In this document: piece by piece, positions 24,927 to 36,732 of the stretch | Numbering within the stretch: position 1 is the stretch's first letter | Layout of the letters: each line of letters opens with the position of its first letter | Origin: Dimorphilus gyrociliatus | Taxonomy: Eukaryota > Animalia > Annelida | Length of the DNA stretch: 64,000 nucleotides | Direction of reading: 5' to 3' | Assembly: GCA_904063045.1 (NCBI GenBank) | Contig: CAJFCJ010000027.1 | Location: 558,001-622,000, forward strand | Position numbers and translations under genes: made by a program | Notes under the pieces: generated by a model | The model's input: only the letters and a program-made list of their open reading frames with translations | Told to the model about the DNA's origin: nothing | The model's database searches: none

Positions 24927-26099
24927 ATGGCGAATTTTAGTAATGGTAGCCTCCTTCATTTATCAACGGTCGTCGGTGAAGTTAAAAAAATCGGATATCC
25001 GCTAATGATAGGAGTAGGGATGACGGGAAATCTTCTCTCTTTTTTGGTGTTTTTAACAACACATTTACGACGGCAGTCTTCAAGCATCTATCTCGCATCT
25101 TTAGCCGCTGTTGACTTTGGTTATCTTATAACTATGATATGTACATGGTTAAACCATCTTGGTCTAGAAGTTCTGAATCAAAGCGGTCCTTGCCAATTGA
25201 TAATTTATTTAAAAAGTGTTTTTGGTTTCTTAAGCGTCTATAACGTCGTTTCATTTACGGTTGATAGATTCCTTAGCATCCAGTATCCGCTGAGAAGGGA
25301 TAAGTATTGCCGACCTAAAAAAGCCAAATGCGTTGTTTTTAGTTTATTATTATTTGCTATATTCTCATATGCCTATAAACCTTTCTTACACGACGCAACT
25401 GTAATTCAATCTCGAATACCGGGAGAACGTTCATCTTTAAAATGTTTTCCAAAACGAGGAGATGATATTGAAAAAACAATTTACATTCTCGAACTTACAG
25501 ACTCATTTCTCATGTTTGTCTTCCCTTCTATTATTATTGTAGTGCTTAATATAAGGATAGCTCTCAGTATTCGCCAAGTTCATAAACTCGTAGTCACGAA
25601 GCCCGTTGTTGATATTTTAAACGCATCTACGGCGCTGAGAAGAACTTCAATGCAAACTTCTTTGTCGTCTAGAGGTTCCATGCATATCCGATTCAGTGTC
25701 CGAGAGCCGGATTCCAAAGATGAGAAGCGCATGATTGGTATGTCAAAAAGGAATTTGTGGAGGGCTCAGTCTAGCCAATATAAAACAATTCGTATGCTAC
25801 TTATAGTCTCTACAGTCTTTGTTCTACTCAATATGCCTTTACATTCCGTTAGGATGGCTGCTTTTTGGCTACAAAAAAAAAAACACGATCATAAAATGAT
25901 GGAATTTCATACGATGAAATCTCTTTTGAATATTCCACATGATTTAAACTTTTCTATTAACTTTTTTCTCTACGCAGTATGCTTGAGGAGTTTCCGTAGT
26001 GGGTTGAAGAGGTTGTGGATGAGACTCTTCTACAAATGCAGTAAGTTTAGAAAGTGCTTAAAGAAGAGTCGGCCTCCAGCTCAGGTTGACGAATTGTGA
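24927..26099 (+). CDS. Rhodopsin-class (family A) peptide GPCR, FMRFamide/TRH/sex-peptide receptor-like group, intronless CDS, 390 aa
   Basis: Seven hydrophobic segments with GMTGN (TM1), LAAVD (TM2), VDRF (TM3), a long third intracellular loop, FVLLNMP (TM6) and INFFLY (TM7). N-glycosylation sequons follow the ATG at 24927. An upstream acceptor at 24747-24748 indicates a spliced 5' UTR. Confidence 0.95.
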   Translation: MANFSNGSLLHLSTVVGEVKKIGYPLMIGVGMTGNLLSFLVFLTTHLRRQSSSIYLASLAAVDFGYLITMICTWLNHLGLEVLNQSGPCQLIIYLKSVFGFLSVYNVVSFTVDRFLSIQYPLRRDKYCRPKKAKCVVFSLLLFAIFSYAYKPFLHDATVIQSRIPGERSSLKCFPKRGDDIEKTIYILELTDSFLMFVFPSIIIVVLNIRIALSIRQVHKLVVTKPVVDILNASTALRRTSMQTSLSSRGSMHIRFSVREPDSKDEKRMIGMSKRNLWRAQSSQYKTIRMLLIVSTVFVLLNMPLHSVRMAAFWLQKKKHDHKMMEFHTMKSLLNIPHDLNFSINFFLYAVCLRSFRSGLKRLWMRLFYKCSKFRKCLKKSRPPAQVDEL

Positions 26100-28205
26100 A
26101 CATTAGAAAAAAAACTGACATAGACAGCAAGCGTATTCCTCTCTCTTTCAGTCTCCCTTTCTCTCTCACATCACTCTTTTATCATTTTCTCTGATAAAAT
26201 GGAAAAAGCTATAAGCCAAAGAGAAATGTTTCATCATTATCCATCCTCCGAACTCTAACCTGCAGTTTATGCAAGACAGAAGAAAACGTTTTTTTTTATA
26301 GATTTTGACACATGAAGTCACTTTCTATATATTATATATGCTGTATATATACTGTATATATATATATATCATTTTCCATATATATATACAGTTTGCTCTA
26401 TTTTGCCAACTAAGGAATTTGCACTCACCAAAAAAGAAAGAGAGCAAATAATTAGGAGAAGTTTAAAATGTGCAGCCTTAGTAAGTTATCTTTTCTTATA
26501 AGTATACAAAGTAACCTTGAAAAAATTATGTTAAGCGTTTATATATACTTGTTTGAGAACATTGAAAATATTATTATTATTATTATTTACTGTATTTACT
26601 TGGAGAAGTGAAGAGATTTCTTCTTGTTTTTATCTTACTTCTTTCTAAAATAAGGAGAGAGGATAGAAAAGAAAAGATAGGATAAAAGGAAATAAAAGTA
26701 GGAAGAAAGAAACCGTTATTCTCAATCCACAAAGTGTTCTGGCCCTAGCTTGATAAAAACTATCCTAAATTTTTCTATAAATAGTAAATCAGTTTGCGTA
26801 TGAAAGTATTGGAATTTATGTTCGTTTTCGGTTATTCGATAATGTTTTATACTTGGGATTTATTTTTTCATTAGTTCATTTTCGATATTCAATAGAAGTA
26901 AACTGAAGAGAATATAGGATTCTCTATTGTTTTCATATTTCTCTTATTGACTTGATAATCTGGGTAAAAGCATCTCTTTACTTTTTTTATTCTGTAACTT
27001 TTAAATCATATTGAAAAATATCAAAGGAGAGATTTTAGTGCTATCAATTGATTATAACTGGATCATCTACTGTTTAACGTAAGTAATATATCTGTTATAC
27101 CTATATTTGTACTTACACTTTACGTGTTTCTATTAACAATGTTGAAAATCGTTATTATTTAACTCAAAACGTATACAAATGTATTACGTGAGTCTAAAAA
27201 AGAGCACAAATGAACATGAAATGTTTATTAATACATAAACAGACAAACAAGAAGAAAGAATGAAAATTTAGACTGTGCCTTAGATAAACTGAATAATAGA
27301 TAGAGAAGACCAAAAAAAAAAGAAGTTAAAAGCGTTAAACTGCTCAAATTTACCAGAAAATTTTCCCTTTCTTGTCTTCTCCATTTGACATTATTGATTT
27401 AACCTCTATAAATAGATATTTAACAATATTAAGAGAAATGTTTGTTTTTTCTATAGAGCTTGAAAAGGAAAAAAAAAAAAACCTACAAAAAATCAATTTA
27501 TTTTAGCATTAATTTTTCTATCTTTTTTGACTGCAACCATTCAGTCAATTAAATACCAATCTGTTCCACCGCAAACAGCACTCCTAACAAATTTATTTTA
27601 CTATTTGTTCCGGGTTCCGTTAAGTATTGGATAATTTATTGTATAGTATTAAAGGGAACAGAGGAAAAATCTATATTTAAGTTAGTATATATATACTTGT
27701 ATATATATCTAGAATTTATTATAATAAATAATCGTTTTATCCTATCTATTTTTATGTGCTAAATCCCAGAATATATAGTTTAACTTCTTTTTACTGGTAT
27801 GTAAGGCTTAATAAACTAACTACTGGAAAATACTGTACCATTTTCTATTTTTGACTTAGTTGTCATGTTATGTTTCTGTTTTCATTCTCTCTCTTTGTTT
27901 CTATTATGCCTTTATACCATAGTACAAAGAAACGAATAAAAGGTTATTTTATATTGTTATATAGAGTATGAAAGACGGTACAAACCGGCTCATATAATTG
28001 GTTATTAGTGAGAAAATATGCAGCTAAAGGGCAAGGAATTGTATGGTAAAACTAAGTGAGAAATATAGTTTACGGCAAATTACCAACTAAAAATACCACT
28101 CAATAAAGCTTGGCATGTTTTATATCACGGTGACTAGAGAGCAAATTAACTCATTTGCAGATGCTGTTGGACTGAAAGAACGTAATTACGACCGAAATAC
28201 TCTTC

Positions 28206-28241
<36 letters not shown>

Positions 28242-30357
28242 TTGATATCTGAACTATTTAATATCAAGTATTATTCAATATATTATGATACACATCTATT
28301 ACTCCAAGGTTAATAATTAGTCAATTACTTTCAGAATAGGTAACGTAAAATTATTTTATCAGATATGCTGTCACCAATTTTTCATTAATTTATTAATTAA
28401 TATTGTGTAGCTTTTCCCAGATTTTGTTATTCCTCTTTTAGATAAAAGCGTAAAAGCGTATCAATATTAAATGAAAGGGCTATTCCGTGAACTTTTACAA
28501 TGCATGCAAGGTTCTCTTATCTTCTCATTGCATTGAATTGACCATTTCCTTTTCTCTTACAAATCCTATACACTTTCTCTTTTTTTTCAACTCTTTCTAA
28601 AGAATTTTACTGCTCTCGCCTACACCTTTTCTCTCTTACTAATTGATAGAACAAAAACAATATCCAACGGAAAACAAACTAACCAATCCAATTTATCTTT
28701 TTTTCCACCCTTCTTTATCTTTTTTTTTCTCTCTCTCTTCCTCTTTCTTTCTCTTACTCTCATTCTACCTATTTTGCTTTATATCCCCCCTCCCCCTCTC
28801 TCTCTCGCTTTTTATCTCCTTCCCTCTCTCTATCTCGTGTTTTCTACCTATCTATTTATTTACTCCCTCTTCTTTCTTAACCTCTCTCCTACTTTTGTCT
28901 TTTTACCCTTCACTTATTCCCCATTAAATTACCTTTTCTTTGTAAACTATTTAGCTTTGTTACTGATATATTAATCAATATATGATGATATATTTGTATT
29001 TATGTATTTATTCATAATATTTCCTTGATCAATTATTTATTAATCCATACTAAAATTAAACAAAAAAATTGATAGACAGACAGAAGAAAAATGAGTTGAA
29101 AGGATGAATATATCACAGAAAATTTATATATCAAAGTTTCTAAGATTTTAACGGAAAAACTGTTCTGCGAAGGATGGGATCAAATTACAATGATTGTTTT
29201 TCTACTCCAGCTATATCACAAATCTACTAAATCGAGATAGGAATACCATATTATGACTCTATTACAAAAGATAATAAAAACTGGAATAATTTCTGTTCAT
29301 TTTTTTTATCTTGATATTTTTACCATACGAAGACTGTTTCTCTTCTCTCTCTCTCTCTCTGCTTTCTCGCTTGTCTAGAAAGTTTTCCTCTTCCTTAATA
29401 ATTAATTATTTAAAAAACTGCGCAGTCTTAGAAACATTAACACAAATAAAGAATGAAAAGACAGATTGAATAAATAAGTACAAATTGGACACAAAAAATC
29501 AGATTTACCTAAATAAAATGTTTAATTTATTAGACTTTCAACGTTTTCAAACCTTTCAACAGGCCATGATAAATTTGAAATTTTGCTGAGAGGAAGCGCC
29601 ATAAAAACTCAAATTGATCGCTATTCATTACATCGGATCTACTGCATTAATCTTTTATTGTTTCAAAGTAGCCTTTATTATTTTACAATATTCCTTTATA
29701 TATATTAACTCACATCATGTTGATAAATAAACTAGACATTTAATTTTTAATTCATTCATTTTCGGATTACTATAATGAGAAGTGCATTATAGAGACTTAT
29801 AATAAAATTTTTAGCCAACCCAGCAGTTTTATTATACAGTCCAGCTTGAGAAAAGTCTCCCTTCAATTAATAATCTTTCTTTTCTCTTTTTTTCTTCTTT
29901 TCGTTAATACTTGTTCAATTTTAATGGTTTCTAATTAAATGTTGTAGTTAACAAAAGACTATTGCGGGAAATAGGTTAATTATAGAGTTAAAGTGCTTCT
30001 AGATGATCTTTAGAGAGAAAATTCAATAACAAGTTCACTATATATTTTCTTGTGAAATCATGAGGATAAAGGGAAATAAGAAGAGAAAAAATGTTTCTAG
30101 TTCCCTCATAGAGAAAACCAGCAGCATATCAAACAATTGTATAATTGTGGTCCATCGAATCCCAATTAACTTCTCCAATGCCTCTAATTAACTTCATATA
30201 GAGTTTTGTTAATCGTCACCTTTAATAGCAGTAATTATACTTTCTAGAGAAGGATAATAATAACAGAATAAGTATAAAAAAAGGAAATAAAATAGGTCGA
30301 ACTCATCTATAAGTAATGACCATCCATTTCTGTAAGAGAAAGAGTGAATTTCCATAC

Positions 30358-31202
30358 TTGTTCTATGTATCTGTTAACTATTAAGGTCTCCATTTCCCTT
30401 AACAATATAAATTCCCTTTCGTAGTCATTCTTTAAAATGATATAATAAACCGGTAAAGAAGCTAAAACATATTGTTGTGTACATTTTATTAAATAAACAA
30501 ATACCAAAGACATTTTGCATTATAATAAAAGAACAATTTACTATAATTAATTTGTCGTTTTATTTAGTTTCAAATTGATCTGTCATTCTATCAATAGAAT
30601 TTTCTTTATCACGAACTTTTTTATATTAGGACTTGTATGTCTTTTTTCTCTGTCTCTCTTTCTCTTTTGAATTGATGAATTAACAACAATTAGAGTAAAC
30701 AATCCCAGGTAAAATACAAAGTTATACTCTTCATTAAAACTTATTGACCAGTCGAATAGTGAAAGGAAATGATCTTAAAGAAAGTATTATACATTTCGTG
30801 GAATGTAGTTAATATATAAGCAGATTAAAGAAAACGTACTTTCTTTATTCCATTTCGTTTGCTTTTTGCAAGCCATTTACATTATTTTCTTATATTTCTT
30901 ATTCCAGGTTAGACACTTAATAGTATTCTTTTAAGCTATCAATTAAATAATGAAAACAAATGGAAGGTAGAGATGTTAAGTTTGTTTATCATACATTAAA
31001 TATATTACTACCATTACTAGGTGTGTCCAATATAGAACAGACAGAATATTCAATAGATCTCTGTAAAATTTAGTTTAACCTTTTTATATTTGAACAAAAT
31101 GCAAAATCTTGTCAACTGGAAAATATTGAAGGAAGGTTATCATATTAAATCGTTATTTGCAAAAAATTTCAAACGAAATCGACATCGGTCAATTGATAAT
31201 CA

Positions 31203-31240
<38 letters not shown>

Positions 31241-31739
31241 TGGGAAGGAAAGAAAGACAGACCAGACGAAGAGAGAGAGAGAGAGAAAGAGTGTGTGTGT
31301 GTGTGTGTGTGGGCTAGAGAAAGAGTTAATAAAAGAGTTTTATACCTTCTATATGTATTTTTCTTTATCAATTAATAATTTATAATAATAGTATTACTAC
31401 TAATAATATTGGATTTCTATTTAAGTGCATATTTTTATTAATATTATTAGTTTTTGTTTTTTTAAAATAAAATGTTGAAAACATGCAGTTAGCTCTTTAT
31501 TTTCCTTTTTCCTTTAAAACTCTTATCAATTGTTTATTTCAGCATTTTACTGAAAAGATATATTATTGTCAGTTCAATTTATTGCCCTTTCTTTTTTAAT
31601 AAATTATCAGTTACCGACTTACTAGTTAATTGTATGGTAAATATTTTTATCAATTATCACATAACTAGTTATTATTGCAAAGTTGACTTTCAAATCATAT
31701 ACTTACCCGTTAGAGGGCGTTTTTGTAGATACGATTTAT
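30358..31739 (-). CDS. Two phase-compatible candidate internal exons (31739-31707 and 30461-30358) of an unidentified gene
   Basis: The 33-nt exon has a strong acceptor (CTGCTTTTCTCACAG) and donor (CGG|GTAAGT) and is open only in phase 1. It joins the 104-nt exon to give ..KSYLQKRPLTASLPVYYIILKNDYEREFILLREMETLIVNRYIEQ. Start and end were not found. Confidence 0.35.
31203..31310. repeat. Compound (AT)n-(AG)n-(GT)n microsatellite
   Basis: Adjacent dinucleotide runs. They account for the spurious ORFs between 31090 and 31375. Confidence 0.9.
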
Positions 31740-31780
31740 CTGTGAGAAAAGCAGAGTACAGCAGTTGACCAATTGTAAAT

Positions 31781-31792
31781 TGCCACCTGCGG
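31781..31792 (+). promoter_or_regulatory. CTCF-like motif TGCCACCTGCGG
   Basis: Reverse complement CCGCAGGTGGCA resembles the CTCF consensus. Same orientation as the CGCCATCTA copies. Confidence 0.45.
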
Positions 31793-32073
31793 CACTACTA
31801 CTTAATGCACTGATAATCATGTAACGCCAATTTACTGTAGTTTAATGATTTAAAATATTTACCCAGAAAAATTAAGGAAGAAAAGAAATGGAAGAAGAGA
31901 GAGAAAGAGAGACAGAGAGGCAGAGAGAAAGAGAGAGAATGAAAGAAAGAAAAGGAAAAGTTATATAGAACTATAAAAAGAAATATAAAAAAATTAAAAG
32001 TGTTAATAAAGTAAAGGATATAAGTAAACAAATACGAATAAAGAGGATTATACAAAACAAGTTGTTTTCATAA

Positions 32074-32085
32074 CGCCATCTATCG
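32074..32085 (+). promoter_or_regulatory. CTCF-like motif CGCCATCTATCG
   Basis: An identical 12-mer also occurs at 36721 and 56169. Confidence 0.5.
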
Positions 32086-32745
32086 AAAAAATAAAACTAT
32101 TTATTTATCTACTAAATTAAGATTTCTTAAGTTAACTTTCGCAAATAAAACAATTACAAATAAAAATTTCCTAATAATTTAAATAAATATACTTAAAAAT
32201 TGAATAAATTATGCTAATTATTCATATTTCTATGAAAATGTCTTTAATAAGTACTATTCTTCAATAAATCTTAGGGATTAGTCCTTTTATTCTTTTTTTT
32301 ACAGGTTTTTCATGAATAATTTCCGTTTCAGTGAAAAAATTGCATAAGAATCAATTCCAACTAAAAATTTAATCGATTCTAAGCTATACACAGGTGCTTT
32401 AATCATAACGAACACACTGCGTTGTTTAAACACACACGTTCTACATATTTCAGACATTAGTTTGTAAAAAATACAATTTGTATGAACAAGAACTTTGCCC
32501 GGGATTCAATACACTCAATTTAAACAAGACAAACTAAAATGTTAATAATTACTAGAGAGCAGAAAGATAGAGGAAAGAATGATATTAATACTATAGATAT
32601 ATATTAGAGTATTATATAATTCAAATTATGCTAATCAAGTTAACTAAACCTGACTAACACATATATAATTAATTTATTACAATAGCTATTTCTACTTTTT
32701 ACCTATGTACCTGATATATATTCACTCCTTCTCCTCTCTTTACCG

Positions 32746-32748
<3 letters not shown>

Positions 32749-32781
<33 letters not shown>
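32749..32781. repeat. (TA)n microsatellite
   Basis: Direct dinucleotide run. Confidence 0.9.
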
Positions 32782-32786
<5 letters not shown>

Positions 32787-32889
32787 AAAGCGTTTATACA
32801 CTATTTTGCTGAACAGTTACAGGTAATAAAAAAATTCCTGATGTTCTAGTTTTAGTTAGTAAAAGAGAAAAAAGAAAAGAGAAAGTTGT

Positions 32890-33445
32890 CTAAATAAAAA
32901 GGTTTCTATCAAAATCCTTCATGGTAAAAAATAGTTTTGTTGGCCATATTCCTTGATTTGTTAAAATCAAATATTCTATGATTCTAGCAAAAACTATAGA
33001 ATCTTTTATATTGATGAGTATTTTCGTTGTCCAAATTGAGAACGCTACAAGGGACATTTCGCATATTTTTAAGCAGTTAATGCCCATTATAACGGTCACA
33101 AGTTGGCCAATGAAATGTTTCAAGTTCAGTTGTCGAAACTGGACTAAAGTATTCGAAACTTTGACTCGCTTATATAGCCGAAAAACGATGAGGGTTCGGT
33201 CGATAAGGCTACTAGGCATCGTTCAGCTAGAGGTAACAGCTGTTCAATTCGTTACCGTGCCAACTACCGTTTTAGCTAATCAGCGAGCTCAAAACTGGCG
33301 GGCAAAGTCACGTGACAACTTGAACACGTGTGTATTGTCTATTATTTTTATTGTTTTCGTTATGTCTGGCTACAGAGCTTTATCTTTAAATTACTCTATG
33401 AGGGTATATTGGCACAGTGTTACATGGCGTTAATTGCCGATGAAG
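32890..33445. other. Coding-like GC-enriched island with overlapping antisense ORFs (32890-33219 minus, 109 aa; 32978-33433 plus, 151 aa); true strand unresolved
   Basis: Two long ORFs on opposite strands in AT-rich DNA. The plus strand also has a phase-compatible intron 33233-33375 and an exon 33376-33445. No family recognised. Confidence 0.4.
33307..33316. promoter_or_regulatory. Perfect palindromic E-box GTCACGTGAC (USF/MiT-TFE-type bHLH-ZIP site), with a second CACGTG nearby
   Basis: Exact 10-bp palindrome about 90 bp upstream of the minus-strand ATG at 33219. Function is inferred from the motif only. Confidence 0.4.
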
Positions 33446-34645
33446 GTAATGAAAGAAGGGGTATTTCGCTGAACCGATGTTCAATGACAGGAAAACTCAA
33501 ACGTGGGCGGTTAGAGAGAACAAAAGGAAATAAAAAACTAAACTCTTTCCAAATAATTTCCATATGTGCAAACGTCATTACCTTTCAAGAAGTGCTTACT
33601 TTAAGAGAAGGGCTAGCGTAAAAGAAAGAAAGACGACAGAAAGAGGTGATAGAGGTTTTGTATAAGGGGGTATGCCAGAGTAGAAGCGGGTAATAAATAA
33701 CCATGACAAAGAAATGTTAATAGGCTAAATAGAGCCCTTTCTTCCGTCATTTACGAAACGTATACTACGAATAGTAATTGGAACAAAGAAAAGTATTGGA
33801 AGAACAAACTATTTAAATACATTTTATATAATAAATAATATTATTAAATTTAGTAAATTAATTAACTAATTACAATTATATATAAAAAGTCAGATCCTTT
33901 ATATTAGTTAGTAAATTAATTAATTAGTTAATTAGCTAATTAATTTATTTATCATCTATATATGTACACACTCGTCTTTCTGTTTCATATTTCCTCTTAA
34001 GAGTTAAAGGTAAAAGGTATAATTCTCTTTAAATATTCTTAAAAGGATATTTTGTGTATAAAAAACATATCTTTAGCATTTCTATTGTACTTTTGCTGCA
34101 TATTCCATATTTAAAGTATACTTTAGTATTATTATGATAATATATTGACACACTCAACGTATGTTTTCATTTACAATACATACATACTTCAAGTGCTCAA
34201 AAACTGTTCAAAAGCATCTTCAATACACATAATTCCGTTTAAAATATAATCAGCTTTGTTCATTTTTGCTTTTATTTATCATTCTATACTACAGATTTTG
34301 AAATTTAAAGAATCTAATGAAAAAAAGAGAAACTTTGACTAATAATAATGAAATTTCAACTCGCCTTCTATATACTTTAAGACTTTCATTATCAATTTCA
34401 TCACATTTCAGATATTTCAATGTCTTTCAGTTGAATTGTTAAAAAATTATTATCCAATTATTCCAATTATTTAAACATTAAATCCTTTAATGAGCACTAT
34501 CTTCTTGGGTTATTGAATAATTTTTTCACGAATATTTATCTCTCTTCTCCGAAAATGAATATATCTGTTTTTTTTTGATGTAATGAAGGATGAGGGTAAT
34601 TTAGACTTTAAGAGCACTTTAGTGTCTAGTATTAAGTATATAAAA

Positions 34646-34650
<5 letters not shown>

Positions 34651-34688
<38 letters not shown>
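34651..34688. repeat. (TA)n microsatellite
   Basis: Direct dinucleotide run. It accounts for the IYIYIY-type spurious ORFs. Confidence 0.9.
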
Positions 34689-34690
<2 letters not shown>

Positions 34691-36720
34691 GTCAACTATG
34701 TTTATATATCTAATACCAAAATTATTATTTTCTTTCTTTCTTTCTTTAAAAAAGAACACAATAAAAAAACAGTATATAGCAAAAAAATAATAATAGACCA
34801 TTCGGTGTTCAAGTGAATAAAACCACCTGCAAATTTACGACCTTTTATGAACTAATTAACCAATAACAAAATCAAATTTATTATAGTTGAGTAGGCTCAA
34901 TTTATTTAAAATTCAAACTGGAAATAGCATAATTATTATTAATCCATATTTTCAGAGAATTATTAATCATTTTGCATACAGGACTTTTTCTTTGTCTTTC
35001 TCACTCTCTACCTGAGTCAGTACATTTTATAACCTAAGACTAATGAGGCGAATCCTATAAAAGTAAAAACTTTCTCTAACATCTACATCTGCCTGTCTCT
35101 TATTGTTTGATGTGTCATACGATAGCATTTGCCTTCTTTTGAATGTCAAAAGTAGCAAAGATAAAGAAAAGAGGGGGAAGATATAAATATAAAGGGAACA
35201 AGGTGAAGAAGCGTAAACATATATATATATATATATATATATATAGTAATATGTTGTATGAAGTATATGCATCAGCTTAATATTTTATTTAAACACCTGA
35301 AAGAAAATTAGTTCGATTTTTTTTACAAGGTTTTGTAATCAATGAAAAGTGTGTAAACTCATTTAAGAAAAAGTAAAAAGCCGATTATTTTACTCATTTA
35401 TTTACTATTATTAGTTTTTTTTGGGGGGGGGAGGGGGGAGGCAGGCTAAATCCTTAAGTAAATAATAATTCCGTGCAATTACGTAATTGTATAACAAAAA
35501 TACTCCATTATATAATACAATAGATATTGATAAAATATAAAAAAATTAATGGTTTATTATACTCTATACTGTTTATAAAAAGTTTATTAAGGACACATTA
35601 AGCAATCTTTCGAATGGATATTCTACTAAAGATCTTAATTAACCTAAAAATAAGAACTAATTATTATTGGATAAATAGATTTCTTAGTCTCTAACTGTCT
35701 ATCTCTCTCTTCCCTCACTTACAATATATATCTATTCTGTATTTAAACGATTTTAAGTTTCTTTTGTTGAAAATACAGAAAAATCCTTAAAAAAATAATT
35801 ACTTAAAGGCTCCCTTAGGAAATTTTCTGTTTCTGATATTCTCTATCTCATCAGTCACGTTGGTTATTGATCTGGACTATCTAGAGAGATAAAATAACCG
35901 GTACTTGCTTTCGTTTAAAGTATAATTTACATAATCATTAGCATAATTATCCTATATCAAAATATAGAATACGGGGAAAGAAGGATAGGGAGAAAGAGAG
36001 GAAAAGAGGAAGAATGATAGAAAGATAGATAAAAGAGAAATAAAATTGCTATTCCAGTTCGATAGCCTGTTCCTCATATAAAAAGAATATCGTTTTAGTG
36101 TCGTGTTGTTAAAATTGTATTTTCATTCTTTTCTATATAACTAAATATGGTTTCTTTCAAGTATTATTTTTAATGTATATTGTTTATTTGTTGATAAACA
36201 GATGAATGCTTTAAATTCATTGATTTTAGAGCATATATATTTTCATAATGTATTTTTCATAACGTTTAAATGATATGTACAGAAAGTATTGATATTACCG
36301 TTTAACAATTTTTTTATATACATAAAATACATTGAGAAACTATAAATATAAAAATATGAAAACAAGCTTTCTTTTCTTTACAAAATTAATCTTTATTTAA
36401 AATTGTAAAGATTTCAATACTGGAGAACAAAGCTCATTTAGAAGAAAAGAAAGAGAGGAAGAGAGAGACTACAAGTTTATATCTATGAGAGTAGGTGGAG
36501 TGCGAGGGCTATGGGCGGTAAACTTTTAACCCAGGCAAATGTTTTTAATTTATTTTTTTTACACGCCTTAAAAACGTAATACTATTTCCATTAGGCATAT
36601 AGAAAATTTGAAATGAAAAAACTAGAAGGGCGGTTGTCAGACAGATATTACAGAGAGGGGGAGAGAGAAAGCCTAAGGGAGGAAAATGGCAATAATGATC
36701 ATCCTTTTAAACACAGTATT

Positions 36721-36732
36721 CGCCATCTATCG
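36721..36732 (+). promoter_or_regulatory. CTCF-like motif CGCCATCTATCG
   Basis: Recurrent 12-mer, lying upstream of the formin gene. Confidence 0.5.

Noticed and set aside
30330-30357. 28-nt GT-AG intron on the minus strand
   Set aside because: Far shorter than the well-supported introns of the identified genes here (57 nt and up) and probably too short to splice.
32890-33219. Sm/LSm-like assignment for the minus-strand ORF (LKHFIGQLVTV)
   Set aside because: Only a short resemblance. The Sm1 G...D...N and Sm2 motifs are missing.
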